In this document: piece after piece, positions 49,706 to 59,500 of the stretch
How the letters are laid out: the number at the start of each line of letters is the position of its first letter
Position numbering within the stretch: position 1 is the first letter of the stretch
Assembly (NCBI GenBank): GCA_044225795.1
Contig: JBGAIF010000007.1
Span: forward strand, 130,095-194,094
DNA length: 64,000 bases
Origin: Flavipsychrobacter sp.
Lineage (GTDB): Bacteria; Bacteroidota; Bacteroidia; Chitinophagales; Chitinophagaceae
Direction of reading: 5' to 3'
Translations under genes and position numbers: made by a program
Notes under the pieces: model-generated
The model's input: the letters and a program-made list of their open reading frames with translations, nothing else
Told to the model about the DNA's origin: nothing
Database searches by the model: none

Positions 49706-49748
49706 GTTTCTCCCGTTTAGGGGTGAGGGCATTACCTTTGCGGCTCTT

Positions 49749-51644
49749 ATGCATTATGTATCGGCAGAACGGATCAGTAAGAGCTACGGCATCAAGCCGC
49801 TGTTCACAAATATCACTTTTCACATCAGCGAGGGCGATAAGATAGCCCTGATAGCGCGCAATGGCAGCGGTAAGAGTACGCTACTAAAGATACTGGCGGG
49901 CAGGGACACGGTAGATGAAGGTACCATATGGATACATAAGGATGTAACGGTGGCGCTGTTTGAACAGGAGCCGCAGTTTGCCGAGGACCTGAGCATATTA
50001 GATAATATCTTCCATTACCGCCACCCGGTGGCAGAGGCCCTGCGCAACTATGAGCGGGTGATCAGCAGCGAGCATAAAGACCCCGATGCACTGGCGACGG
50101 CACTGGCACGGCTGGACGAGCTGGGGGCCTGGGACTTTGAAGCGAAGGTGCACCAGATACTGAACAAGCTGAACATACGCAACCTGCAACAGCAGGTGAA
50201 GACCCTAAGCGGGGGGCAGCGCAAGCGTGTGGCGCTGGCACAGGTGCTGATAGACATAGGTTTTGAGCATAAGCATGTGCTGCTGATCATGGACGAACCG
50301 ACGAACCACCTGGATGTGGCAATGGTGGAATGGCTGGAGAATTACCTGAACCAGCAGAATGTGACGCTGCTGATGGTGACGCACGACAGGTACTTCCTGG
50401 AGGATGTGTGTGACGAGATATGGGAGCTGGACAATGAGCAGCTCTATACCTACAAGGGCGACTACCAGGACTACTTAGAGAAAAAGGCGGCACGTATAGA
50501 GAATACGCTGGCCAATATAGACAAGGCGCGCAACCTGTACCGCAAGGAACTGGAGTGGATGCGCAAGCAGCCACGGGCGCGCACAGTGAAGAGCAAGAGC
50601 CGGCAGGATAATTTTTACGACATACAGACAAAGGCGAAGCAGAAGGTGGAGGACCTGCAGGTGGAGCTGCAAATGAAGATGAACCGCCTGGGGGGCAAGA
50701 TAGCGGAACTAAAAAAGGTGTATAAGAGCTATGGCGACAAGGTGATACTGAAGGGGTTTGACTATACATTCAAAAAGGGGGAAAGGATAGGCATAGTGGG
50801 ACAAAACGGCGCGGGCAAGAGTACCTTCCTGAATATGCTGCAGGGCATAGAGCCTGCAGACAGCGGCAAGATAAACATAGGCGAGACGGTGGTGTTCGGC
50901 AACTTTTCGCAGCAGGGACTGGAGATAAAGGAGGACATGCGCATCATAGAGTATGTGAAGAACATAGCGGAGAACTTTCCGCTGGCGGATGGGGGCAGCA
51001 TATCGGCATCGCAGTTCCTGACGCTGTTCCTTTTTCCGCCGGAGCAGCAGTACACCTACCTCTCCAAGCTGAGCGGTGGTGAGAAGAAAAGGCTGCAATT
51101 GCTCACGGTGCTGTTCAGGAACCCGAACTTCCTGATACTGGACGAACCGACGAATGACCTGGACCTGCCGACGCTGGCAGTGCTGGAGAATTTCCTGAGC
51201 GAGTACAGGGGCTGCCTGCTGATCGTATCGCACGACAGGTATTTTATGGACAGGCTGGTGGACCACTTGTTCGTATTTGAAGGGAATGGTGTGGTGAGGG
51301 ATTTCCCGGGCAACTACAGCACGTACCGCGTAGAAGAGCGGGCACGGGAGAAGATGAAGGATGCTACGCCAAAGGCAGAAGAGGCGGCTACGGCCACTGA
51401 AGCAAAGCCACAGGATAAGAAGAAGGTATCGTTCAAGGACAAGCGGGAGTATGAGCAACTGGAAAAAGATATAGCGGCACTGGAGGCGGAGAAGACGACG
51501 GTAACGGAAAAGATGATGGACCAGAACATCAACTATGACGATATGCAGCGGCTGAGCAACCGTATGGTGCAGATAACCGAGCTGCTGGAACAGAAGGAAA
51601 TGAGGTGGCTGGAGCTGAGCGAGGTAATAACCCCGGGCTCCTAA
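49749..51644 (+). CDS. ABC-F family ATP-binding protein (Uup-like)
   Basis: Two ABC domains (ARNGSGKST / LSGGQ / DEPTNHLD; GQNGAGKST / LSGGE / DEPTNDLD) and a C-terminal coiled coil; ATG 49749 after TACCTTTG at 49733. Confidence 0.95.
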   Translation: MHYVSAERISKSYGIKPLFTNITFHISEGDKIALIARNGSGKSTLLKILAGRDTVDEGTIWIHKDVTVALFEQEPQFAEDLSILDNIFHYRHPVAEALRNYERVISSEHKDPDALATALARLDELGAWDFEAKVHQILNKLNIRNLQQQVKTLSGGQRKRVALAQVLIDIGFEHKHVLLIMDEPTNHLDVAMVEWLENYLNQQNVTLLMVTHDRYFLEDVCDEIWELDNEQLYTYKGDYQDYLEKKAARIENTLANIDKARNLYRKELEWMRKQPRARTVKSKSRQDNFYDIQTKAKQKVEDLQVELQMKMNRLGGKIAELKKVYKSYGDKVILKGFDYTFKKGERIGIVGQNGAGKSTFLNMLQGIEPADSGKINIGETVVFGNFSQQGLEIKEDMRIIEYVKNIAENFPLADGGSISASQFLTLFLFPPEQQYTYLSKLSGGEKKRLQLLTVLFRNPNFLILDEPTNDLDLPTLAVLENFLSEYRGCLLIVSHDRYFMDRLVDHLFVFEGNGVVRDFPGNYSTYRVEERAREKMKDATPKAEEAATATEAKPQDKKKVSFKDKREYEQLEKDIAALEAEKTTVTEKMMDQNINYDDMQRLSNRMVQITELLEQKEMRWLELSEVITPGS

Positions 51645-51817
51645 AGGGGAATGATGCCTGATACTCGATGGTTAGATACCGGATGAGGGAGGATAATGGC
51701 CCGGGGGTCTGTATATCTGCGGGCTCGCAATGGGGGGTAAGAATTAGCGAAATATCCATATTTTAAGGGCTATTTAGCTTATATTTGCGATTCAATATCC
51801 ACACAAAAACTATAAAA

Positions 51818-52549
51818 ATGAGAGCAATAAAGTATGCATTTACGGGGCTGCTGCTGGCAGCGGGCATGACAAGCGCTATGGCGCAGAATGGTGATGAGAT
51901 CATCAGCAAGCACATAGACGCGATAGGCGGTGAGGCCAACTGGGCAAAAATAACGTCCATGAAGATGGTGGGTACTATGAAGGTTCAGGGCATGGAACTG
52001 GGCATGACACAGACGACAGTACACAATAAGGCCATGCGCACCGACATCAGCGTAATGGGCAGTGAAGGCTACATGATAGCCACTACCACAGAGGGCTGGA
52101 TGTATATGCCTATGCAGGGTGTGAGCAAGGCTACCCCGATACCTGCCGAACAACTGAAGATGATGAAGGACAAGCTGAGCGTACGCGCCAATATGCTGGC
52201 GGATAAGTCGACAATAGCAAAGGCAGAACTGCTGGGCAAGGATACAGTGAACAAGGTGCCTTGCTACAAAGTGAAGGTAACGGACAAGGATGGAAATATG
52301 CAGACAGCTTACTTTGACGCGTCTACATACTACATGGTGCGTGTAGAGGCCAAGGCAAGTCCGGATGCAGGCGACCAGGAGGTGAACATAGATTTCAGCA
52401 ATTTCCAGAAAACACCGGAAGGCGTGGTACTGGCCATGACGATGGGCTCTCCGCAGGGTGATATCACCTTCAAGACCGTGGAGCTGAACAAACCGATAGA
52501 CGAAAAGATCTTCAAGCCTACGCAGGAAGAAATGGAAGGAAAGAAATAA
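51818..52549 (+). CDS. Exported LolA-like (lipoprotein-sorting-like) protein
   Basis: Signal ending AMA-Q; IISKHIDAIGGEANW, YFDASTY, DFSNFQK; TATATTTG at 51780. Confidence 0.7.
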   Translation: MRAIKYAFTGLLLAAGMTSAMAQNGDEIISKHIDAIGGEANWAKITSMKMVGTMKVQGMELGMTQTTVHNKAMRTDISVMGSEGYMIATTTEGWMYMPMQGVSKATPIPAEQLKMMKDKLSVRANMLADKSTIAKAELLGKDTVNKVPCYKVKVTDKDGNMQTAYFDASTYYMVRVEAKASPDAGDQEVNIDFSNFQKTPEGVVLAMTMGSPQGDITFKTVELNKPIDEKIFKPTQEEMEGKK

Positions 52550-52570
52550 GCTCAACAGCATTTACGTTAT

Positions 52571-52593
52571 AATGGCTGCCCCCGGGCAGCCAT
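52571..52593. terminator. Hairpin, probable terminator
   Basis: AATGGCTGCC-CCG-GGCAGCCATT. Confidence 0.7.
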
Positions 52594-52626
52594 TGTTATC
52601 TAAACACTATCTTAGCGTAATAACTC

Positions 52627-53211
52627 CTGCTTACGACAGACCAAAACTTTCTTACGGCATTGCGGTCGGGCGACCGTGAGGCATTCCGCCAACTGGTGAC
52701 AGACTACCGGCAGCGGGTGTTCAACACTGCTATTGGTATGGTACAGGACCATGGCAACGCCGAAGACATTACACAGGAGGTGTTCATCACCGTGTTCCGG
52801 TCGGTACTGTCGTTCAATGGAAAGTCGGCGCTCTCTACGTGGATATACCGCATCACTGTTAACAAATGCCTGGACCACCTGCGGGCGCAAGGGCGGCAAA
52901 AGCGGCACGGTGTGTTCAGCATATTCTTCCAGGGGGAGCCCGCGTATGAAAAGCCGGTATTTGACCATCCCGGGGTGAAACTGGAGCATAAGGAGAACGC
53001 GAAATACCTGTTCGCGGCGATAGATACCCTGCCGGATAACCAGCGGACGGTGTTTGTGCTGGTGCATGTGGAAGACCTGCCGCAGAAGGAGGTGGCGGAG
53101 ATCATGAATGTGTCGGTAAAGGCGGTGGAGTCGCTGCTGCAGCGTGCCAAGGCCAACCTGCGCAGGAAACTGGGGGATATTTATGAGTCGAACCGAAGGA
53201 AAAGTAATTAA
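52627..53211 (+). CDS. ECF RNA polymerase sigma factor
   Basis: GDREAFRQLV, AEDITQEVFI, STWIYRITVNKCLD, LPDNQR, EVAEIM..SVKAVESLLQRA; start CTG 52627 or TTG 52660. Confidence 0.93.
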   Translation: MLTTDQNFLTALRSGDREAFRQLVTDYRQRVFNTAIGMVQDHGNAEDITQEVFITVFRSVLSFNGKSALSTWIYRITVNKCLDHLRAQGRQKRHGVFSIFFQGEPAYEKPVFDHPGVKLEHKENAKYLFAAIDTLPDNQRTVFVLVHVEDLPQKEVAEIMNVSVKAVESLLQRAKANLRRKLGDIYESNRRKSN

Positions 53212-53231
53212 AGGACGTCTAAAATAATGTT

Positions 53232-53540
53232 ATGGAAAATAATATAGGTAGAGAGGAGTGGATAGAGCGGGTGATGGGCAGCACGCAGGGCATACGCCGT
53301 GCGGAACCCGCATCAGACCTGTATGACCGTGTGACTGACCGAATGAACCGGGGTAGTGCAGTAAAGACCATGCCGTTCCCGGTAGCCCGGTGGGTGGCCG
53401 CGGCCATATTGCTGCTGGCGCTCAACATAGGGTCAATACTACACTATACCAATATCTCCGGGCAAGCTGCCCCCTCAGGCACCCCGGCACAGGACCCCTT
53501 GGCTAATTACATACAAACAGAATCTACTTACAACTATTAG
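53232..53540 (+). CDS. Putative anti-sigma membrane protein
   Basis: 102 aa, single TM (WVAAAILLLALNIG), directly after the ECF sigma. Confidence 0.65.
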   Translation: MENNIGREEWIERVMGSTQGIRRAEPASDLYDRVTDRMNRGSAVKTMPFPVARWVAAAILLLALNIGSILHYTNISGQAAPSGTPAQDPLANYIQTESTYNY

Positions 53541-53542
53541 GC

Positions 53543-54100
53543 ATGGGCAATAACGGAAAAATATGGAAGCTGTTGGTGGTGCTGCTGCTGATCTGCAATG
53601 CGGGCATCATCGCATTCATGTGGCTGCGCCCGTGCCGGCCACCTGTACCACCGCCCCCACCGGCAGGAGGACAGGGCGAACAGGCCCGGAACTTTGTGAT
53701 ACGCACACTGAATTTTACGGACGAGCAGGTAAGGCAGTATGATGTGCTGATAGGCGACCACCGCAGGGCTATGGATAGCCTGCGTAAGGTGCAATCGGAC
53801 GCGCGGCAGCAATTGTTTGGGGGACTGAAGAATGGAACCGATCCTAATGTGGCGGCGCAGACGATCGCGGCCTGCCAGAAAGAGATAGAGACGGTGACCT
53901 TCCACCACTTTGAAAAGGTAAGAGTATTATGCACAGACGCACAAAAACCGGAGTTTGACAATATCATTGGTGAGGTGATCAAAAAAATGAACGGGGGCAA
54001 CCGCAGGCCTCCGCATCCCGGCGGCCCCGGTGACGGACCACCACCTCCGCCGCAGGGAGCAGGCGGACCTATGCCGCCTCCGCCACCTCCGGGTAATTAA
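53543..54100 (+). CDS. Spy/CpxP-like periplasmic protein
   Basis: TM anchor; LNFTDEQVRQY and LCTDAQK (LTxxQ-like) motifs; Pro-rich ends. Confidence 0.75.
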   Translation: MGNNGKIWKLLVVLLLICNAGIIAFMWLRPCRPPVPPPPPAGGQGEQARNFVIRTLNFTDEQVRQYDVLIGDHRRAMDSLRKVQSDARQQLFGGLKNGTDPNVAAQTIAACQKEIETVTFHHFEKVRVLCTDAQKPEFDNIIGEVIKKMNGGNRRPPHPGGPGDGPPPPPQGAGGPMPPPPPPGN

Positions 54101-54117
54101 ATTTGTAATTTAGATGC

Positions 54118-54822
54118 ATGAAGCGGTTGCTATTCATTTTATGTATTGCCTGCCACATGGCTGCATTTGCAGGTGGCGGTAGGGTGACGATAATGATAAT
54201 ACCTGTATTCAACGGACAGCAGCTTACACTATCAGACCAATACTATATTGATGAGCATGGCGACACGCTCTACATTGACCTGTTCAGGTTCTATATCACT
54301 AACATGACACTAAATGGCAACGGTGAGGCAAAGGATGCGAACAGCCACCTGGTAGATGCGGAGCAGAAAAGTACGAACAGCTTTACGATAGATAACGTAC
54401 CATTGGGAAATTACACGTCCATCAGCTTCACGATAGGGGTGGATAGCAGCACAAACGTATCGGGGGCCAATAGCGGCGACCTGGACCCTGTAAAGGGCAT
54501 GTACTGGGCATGGAACAGTGGCTACATCATGGCCAAGCTGGAAGGGCACGCCAGGGTATGCAAGACGCTGCATCACGCATTTGAGTTTCACATAGGCGGC
54601 TATATGCCACCCTACAATGCAGCAAGGACAGTGACCCTGCCACTCAGCCGTAATGCGATCATAGAAAAGGATGGTAATACCGTTATCACTATCAAGGCTG
54701 ATGCCGCAGCATGGCTTTCGGGGAAGCTGGACCTGGGTAAGGAAAACAGCATAGTGATTCCCGGCAGGGAGGCGTGCGGAATGGCAGACCGGTATATGAA
54801 GATGTTCTCAATAGCTGACTGA
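54118..54822 (+). CDS. mbnP: MbnP-family copper-binding protein
   Basis: FRFYITN, FTIGVDS, GMYWAWNSGYIMAKLEG (WxW), FEFHIGG. Confidence 0.88.
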   Translation: MKRLLFILCIACHMAAFAGGGRVTIMIIPVFNGQQLTLSDQYYIDEHGDTLYIDLFRFYITNMTLNGNGEAKDANSHLVDAEQKSTNSFTIDNVPLGNYTSISFTIGVDSSTNVSGANSGDLDPVKGMYWAWNSGYIMAKLEGHARVCKTLHHAFEFHIGGYMPPYNAARTVTLPLSRNAIIEKDGNTVITIKADAAAWLSGKLDLGKENSIVIPGREACGMADRYMKMFSIAD

Positions 54823-55859
54823 TGAATAGCCGCGTGCTGAAATATGTGCTGCCTGTATTTGTATTCGGTATCATTCTTATCACATCAGGATTCAGGAAGA
54901 AGAATAACGTGCAATTTGTACAGCCGAAGGGTTGGCCGAAGCCGGTGTATGACTTTTCGCAGAACGAGATTACTGATGCGGGGTTCAGCCTGGGAAAGAA
55001 GTTGTTCTATGATCCCATATTGTCAGTAGATAATTCTATATCGTGCGCCAGTTGTCATGCCCAGTGGAGCGCGTTCACACACACAGATCACGCACTGAGC
55101 CACGGCGTGCAGGGGCTGAAGGGGAAAAGAAATTCTCTTACTTTATTCAACCTGGCCTGGAATAAGGCCTTTATGTGGGATGGCGGTGTGAATCACCTGG
55201 AGGTGCAGCCCCTGGCACCGCTTACCAACACGTCAGAAATGGGTACAACACTGGAAGCGGTAGTAAGGAAACTGGACACTGCGAAAGGATACAAGAGCCG
55301 GTTCTATGCCACATTCGGCGATAGTGCCATCACCGGGCAAAGAGTGCTGAAGGCAATAGCACAGTTTACAGGAATGTTTGAATCATTCAACTCCAGGTAC
55401 GACAAATATATGCGGCACGAACCCGGAGGAGCATTATCAGAACAGGAGCTGAATGGATTGAAAATATTCAGGAAGAATTGTGCGTCGTGTCACGAGGAGC
55501 CACTGTTCACAAACTATAGCTACCAGAACACCGGATTGCCCGTTGACCCGGAGCTAAATGATTATGGCCGGATGAATATTACAAGAGATGCACAAGATTC
55601 ACTGAAGTTCAGGGTACCCTCGCTAAGGAATGTGGTACTCTCCTACCCTTACCTGCATGACGGCAGGTTCCGTTCCATCAGGCAAGTGCTGGACCATTAT
55701 ACGGATGGTGTGGTGCAGGGGGCTACCCTTGCGGAACAACTTAGAAAACCAATGGTATTGAGTGACGCGGACAAGGAGGATATACTGGCATTTCTGAAGA
55801 CGCTGACGGATGTGGAATTCTTATCGGATAAGCGGTTTGCACCCGACACTTCCCGGTAA
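54822..55859 (+). CDS. mbnH: MbnH/MauG-family di-heme cytochrome c peroxidase
   Basis: LGKKLFYDP, two CASCH heme motifs, FMWDGG, FRVPSLRNV, PYLHDGRF; 1-bp overlap with mbnP. Confidence 0.88.
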   Translation: MNSRVLKYVLPVFVFGIILITSGFRKKNNVQFVQPKGWPKPVYDFSQNEITDAGFSLGKKLFYDPILSVDNSISCASCHAQWSAFTHTDHALSHGVQGLKGKRNSLTLFNLAWNKAFMWDGGVNHLEVQPLAPLTNTSEMGTTLEAVVRKLDTAKGYKSRFYATFGDSAITGQRVLKAIAQFTGMFESFNSRYDKYMRHEPGGALSEQELNGLKIFRKNCASCHEEPLFTNYSYQNTGLPVDPELNDYGRMNITRDAQDSLKFRVPSLRNVVLSYPYLHDGRFRSIRQVLDHYTDGVVQGATLAEQLRKPMVLSDADKEDILAFLKTLTDVEFLSDKRFAPDTSR

Positions 55860-55913
55860 TGAGCCAACCTGAACTCTTTGTCAGCAGTAAATTGTATTTT
55901 AGCATACAACAGT

Positions 55914-56537
55914 ATGAAGAAGAACTTATTTATAGCACTGGAAGGAATTGATGGCAGCGGAAAGAGCACGCAGATAAAATTACTTGCAGAAAGGCTAACA
56001 CGGGCAGGCCATAAAGTCTATGTAACCTGCGAACCAACGCCCGGCCCTATAGGTAGCCTGGCCAGGAGCATACTCAAAGGGACGGTAAAGGCGGACAACC
56101 GTACCATTGCCGGGCTTTTTATGGCCGACAGGCTCGACCATCTGACGAACGAAGAGAACGGACTGGTGAAGAAAATGGTGGAAGGATATACCGTTATCTC
56201 TGACAGATACTACCTCTCATCGTATGCGTATCATGGCACACACATGGATATGAAGTGGGTAATAGAGATCAACCGAATGGCAGCAGAGATTCTGAAGCCG
56301 GATATCAATGTATTTATTGACGTAACCCCTGAGGTGGCTATGGAGCGTATCAACGCGAACCGGGAAACCAGGGAACTCTATGAAACCCTCGACAACTTAA
56401 GGAATGTGCGGCAGAAGTATATGGAGGCATTTGAATTGTTAAAGGACAAGGAAAATATTTTTATTGTTGACGGAAACCGTACATTTGAAGCCATTTCAGA
56501 CGACATTTCGCAATATATAGTAACAACGAACAACTAA
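55914..56537 (+). CDS. tmk: Thymidylate kinase
   Basis: FIALEGIDGSGKSTQ, TCEP, LFMADRLDH, ISDRYYLSSYAY. Confidence 0.96.
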   Translation: MKKNLFIALEGIDGSGKSTQIKLLAERLTRAGHKVYVTCEPTPGPIGSLARSILKGTVKADNRTIAGLFMADRLDHLTNEENGLVKKMVEGYTVISDRYYLSSYAYHGTHMDMKWVIEINRMAAEILKPDINVFIDVTPEVAMERINANRETRELYETLDNLRNVRQKYMEAFELLKDKENIFIVDGNRTFEAISDDISQYIVTTNN

Positions 56538-56572
56538 AAAGAGAGGCGCCATATGGCGCCTCTCTTTATTTA
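56536..56572. terminator. Bidirectional terminator
   Basis: AAAGAGAGGCGCC-ATAT-GGCGCCTCTCTTT between convergent genes. Confidence 0.9.
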
Positions 56573-56585
56573 CTTCGCTTCCGCA

Positions 56586-59500
56586 TTACCGTTTCACTAC
56601 CACATGAAATACTCTAAACTCGTCACCATAAGATACTTTGACGAGATACATAGCATTGGCTAATGTTTTATTAAGTATCACATGCTCCCCGAACAAACCT
56701 CCATTCATAGTCACCTTCTTCTTCATAACAACCTGCCCCAACATATCTGTGATGACAATGTTCACATGGTCGTCTGTAAGGTCCTTCAGTTTACCGCTGA
56801 TGTCAAACTCACCATCATTCGGATTAGGAGAAACCCACACATTGTTGTCCGGGTCAATGACAGAAGCACTACCGTTCGGCACATGCATCTTCAGCTTGTT
56901 ACCCGATCCTGTTTTCGGGAACGCACAAGGGTCGCTGCTGGTAACAGCGCAAGTAACAACATCACCATCAACAAAAACATTTGTCACGTAGGTGGCGTTA
57001 GTGGCGCCCGGTATGGCAACACCATTGATGTACCACTGATAACCCGGTGCAGCTCCGCCATGCAGCGCAATGGCTACAAATGTGTCGAGTACACCATTTG
57101 CGACTTTCGGCGTTGTGAGATAAATAGAATCTGTATTGGCCGATACCGGCGACACATACATAGTAATTGGAGAACTTACCGCCACAGGCCCCGTGAGGCA
57201 TGTATAGTTACTTGTCATAGAGCATACAATGATGTCCCCATTAACAGGAATATATGAATAAGCAACACCCGTTGAAACATTCACACCATTCCTGTTCCAC
57301 ACATAGACCGGGGCCGTACCGCCAAATAATGGGGAGGCCGTAAGCTTAGTATACGTGCCGGCACACACAGAATCAGACGGATCAGGTATAATACTGACAG
57401 ACGGAGTCATCAGTGGTGTTATAAAAGTATGTGTAACAGAAATAGCTGTGTCGGGGAATGCACAACCATCACTGCTGAGCATCTTCACGCGAACAGCATC
57501 GCCACTTGCCGGGCTATACGTGTACGACGGGGAAGTGCTCACTGCTGTGCCATTTACATACCATTCATAAGACGGAGTGAACCCTCCATTGACAGGGAAT
57601 GGAGTGAAAGTGACAGAAGACGTTGTGACGCACAATACCGAATCGGGTGTAGCCCCGATAGATACACCCGGGACCACAACAGGCAACGGATTTACCGTTA
57701 CAACAACAGGCGAAGATACCGACCTGCATATTCCTATGCCGGTGATCACTACTGTGAAGTTTCCGCTGTAATTAACCAAGTACCCGGAAGATGTAGCCCC
57801 CGGAATGTCTATACCGCCATTCTGCCACTGATACAAGAATCCGGAACCGGTTGTCGCATTGAGCATCACATAGCCGCCGGTACAGAATGTAGTAGATGAT
57901 GCCGGAGTAATAGTAACCGGCAACGGAGGGTTAACAGTAAATACAGCCGCCACACCCGCCACGCAACCAAAACCGGTAGTGACGGTATAGCTGGTAGTAG
58001 CTGTACCGGCAGCAACACCCATTGCAACACCCGATGAGCTGACCGTGGCAACAGATGTGTTGCTACTGCTCCACACACCGGACGGTGTAGCATCGCTCAA
58101 AACAGCGCTGACAGAGATGCAGGTATGCAGTGTTCCTGTGATTGCCGCCACTACAGGAAGCGGATTGACCGTAACGGGGTGCACAGCAGATGTGGTACCA
58201 CAAACATTAGTAGCCGAATAAGATATATTGGCCACTCCTGCAAGAACCCCATTTACAACTCCCAAAGAGCTAACTGTAGCAGTGACAGTACTGCCGCTGC
58301 TCCATACGCCGCCAGACAATGCATCGGACAAAGTGATGAGTGAAGATTCACAAACAGCACCCGCACCTGTAATGGCCGGCACAACCGGCAATCCTATAAC
58401 AGTAACCGTAGCCAATGCCGTACAACCCGCAGGCAGTGTATACGTAATAACTGAAGTGCCTGCCGAAACACCAGTAACAATACCAGAGCCCGGCCCGACC
58501 GTGGCCACGGCAGTGTTGCCGCTTGTCCATGAGCCTCCACCGGCATCTGTTAGCGCAGTTGTAGACGTAGGGCAGACCGTGAACACCCCTGTAACAGCGC
58601 CGGGAAGAGCATCTACAGTAAATACGGAGGTCATGTAACAACCTGTAGGCAGCGTATATGATATGGTACTTGTGCCTGCGACTATACCGGAGACCATGCC
58701 GGATACATCAATAGTGGCAATAGAGGTATTACTACTGCTCCAGGTACCCGTGCCTGTAGCATCGCTTAAAGTTGTTGTGAATGTCTCACATACATGTGTG
58801 AGCCCGGTAATAGCGGCCGGTAGCGGATCGACAGTGACCATAGTCGTGGCTATACAGCCGGTAGATAATGTGTAGGTGACTGAAACTGTGCCTGCGGCAA
58901 CGCCACTAAGTACTCCTGACCCGGGACTGATAGTAGCCACAGCAGTATTACCACTACTCCACGAACCCCCTCCCGCGTCGCTCAAAGTAATTGATGACAA
59001 AGCACACACCTCTGTTGCGCCGGATATAGCTGCCGGCAAAGAATTGACTGTAAGCACAGATACAGTAATGCAACCTGTAGGTAAAGTATATGTAATGGCA
59101 GCAGTTCCCGCTAACACACCAGTAGCCAAACCAGAACCGGAAACGATTGTTGCAACCGATGTATTGCCGCTACTCCATGTACCTCCCCCGGCATCGCTGA
59201 GCGAGGTCGTGAGCCCTTCACAAACTGAAAGCGTACCTGATATAACCCCAGGCAACGGATCTACAGTAACAGAAGCAACCGCAATACAACCTGTAGGCAA
59301 TGTATATGTAATAGCCGACGTACCGGAGGCAACACCTGTTACCACGCCCAAGCCGGACACCGTTGCCACAGAAGTATTACTACTGCTCCAGGCGCCACCA
59401 CCGGCATCTGTAAGTGCCGTTGTCAGTCCCGCGCAAACTTCCATAGTTCCCGTTATAGCGGAAGGCAACGGATTCACGGTTGCGGTAACTACAGTGATAC

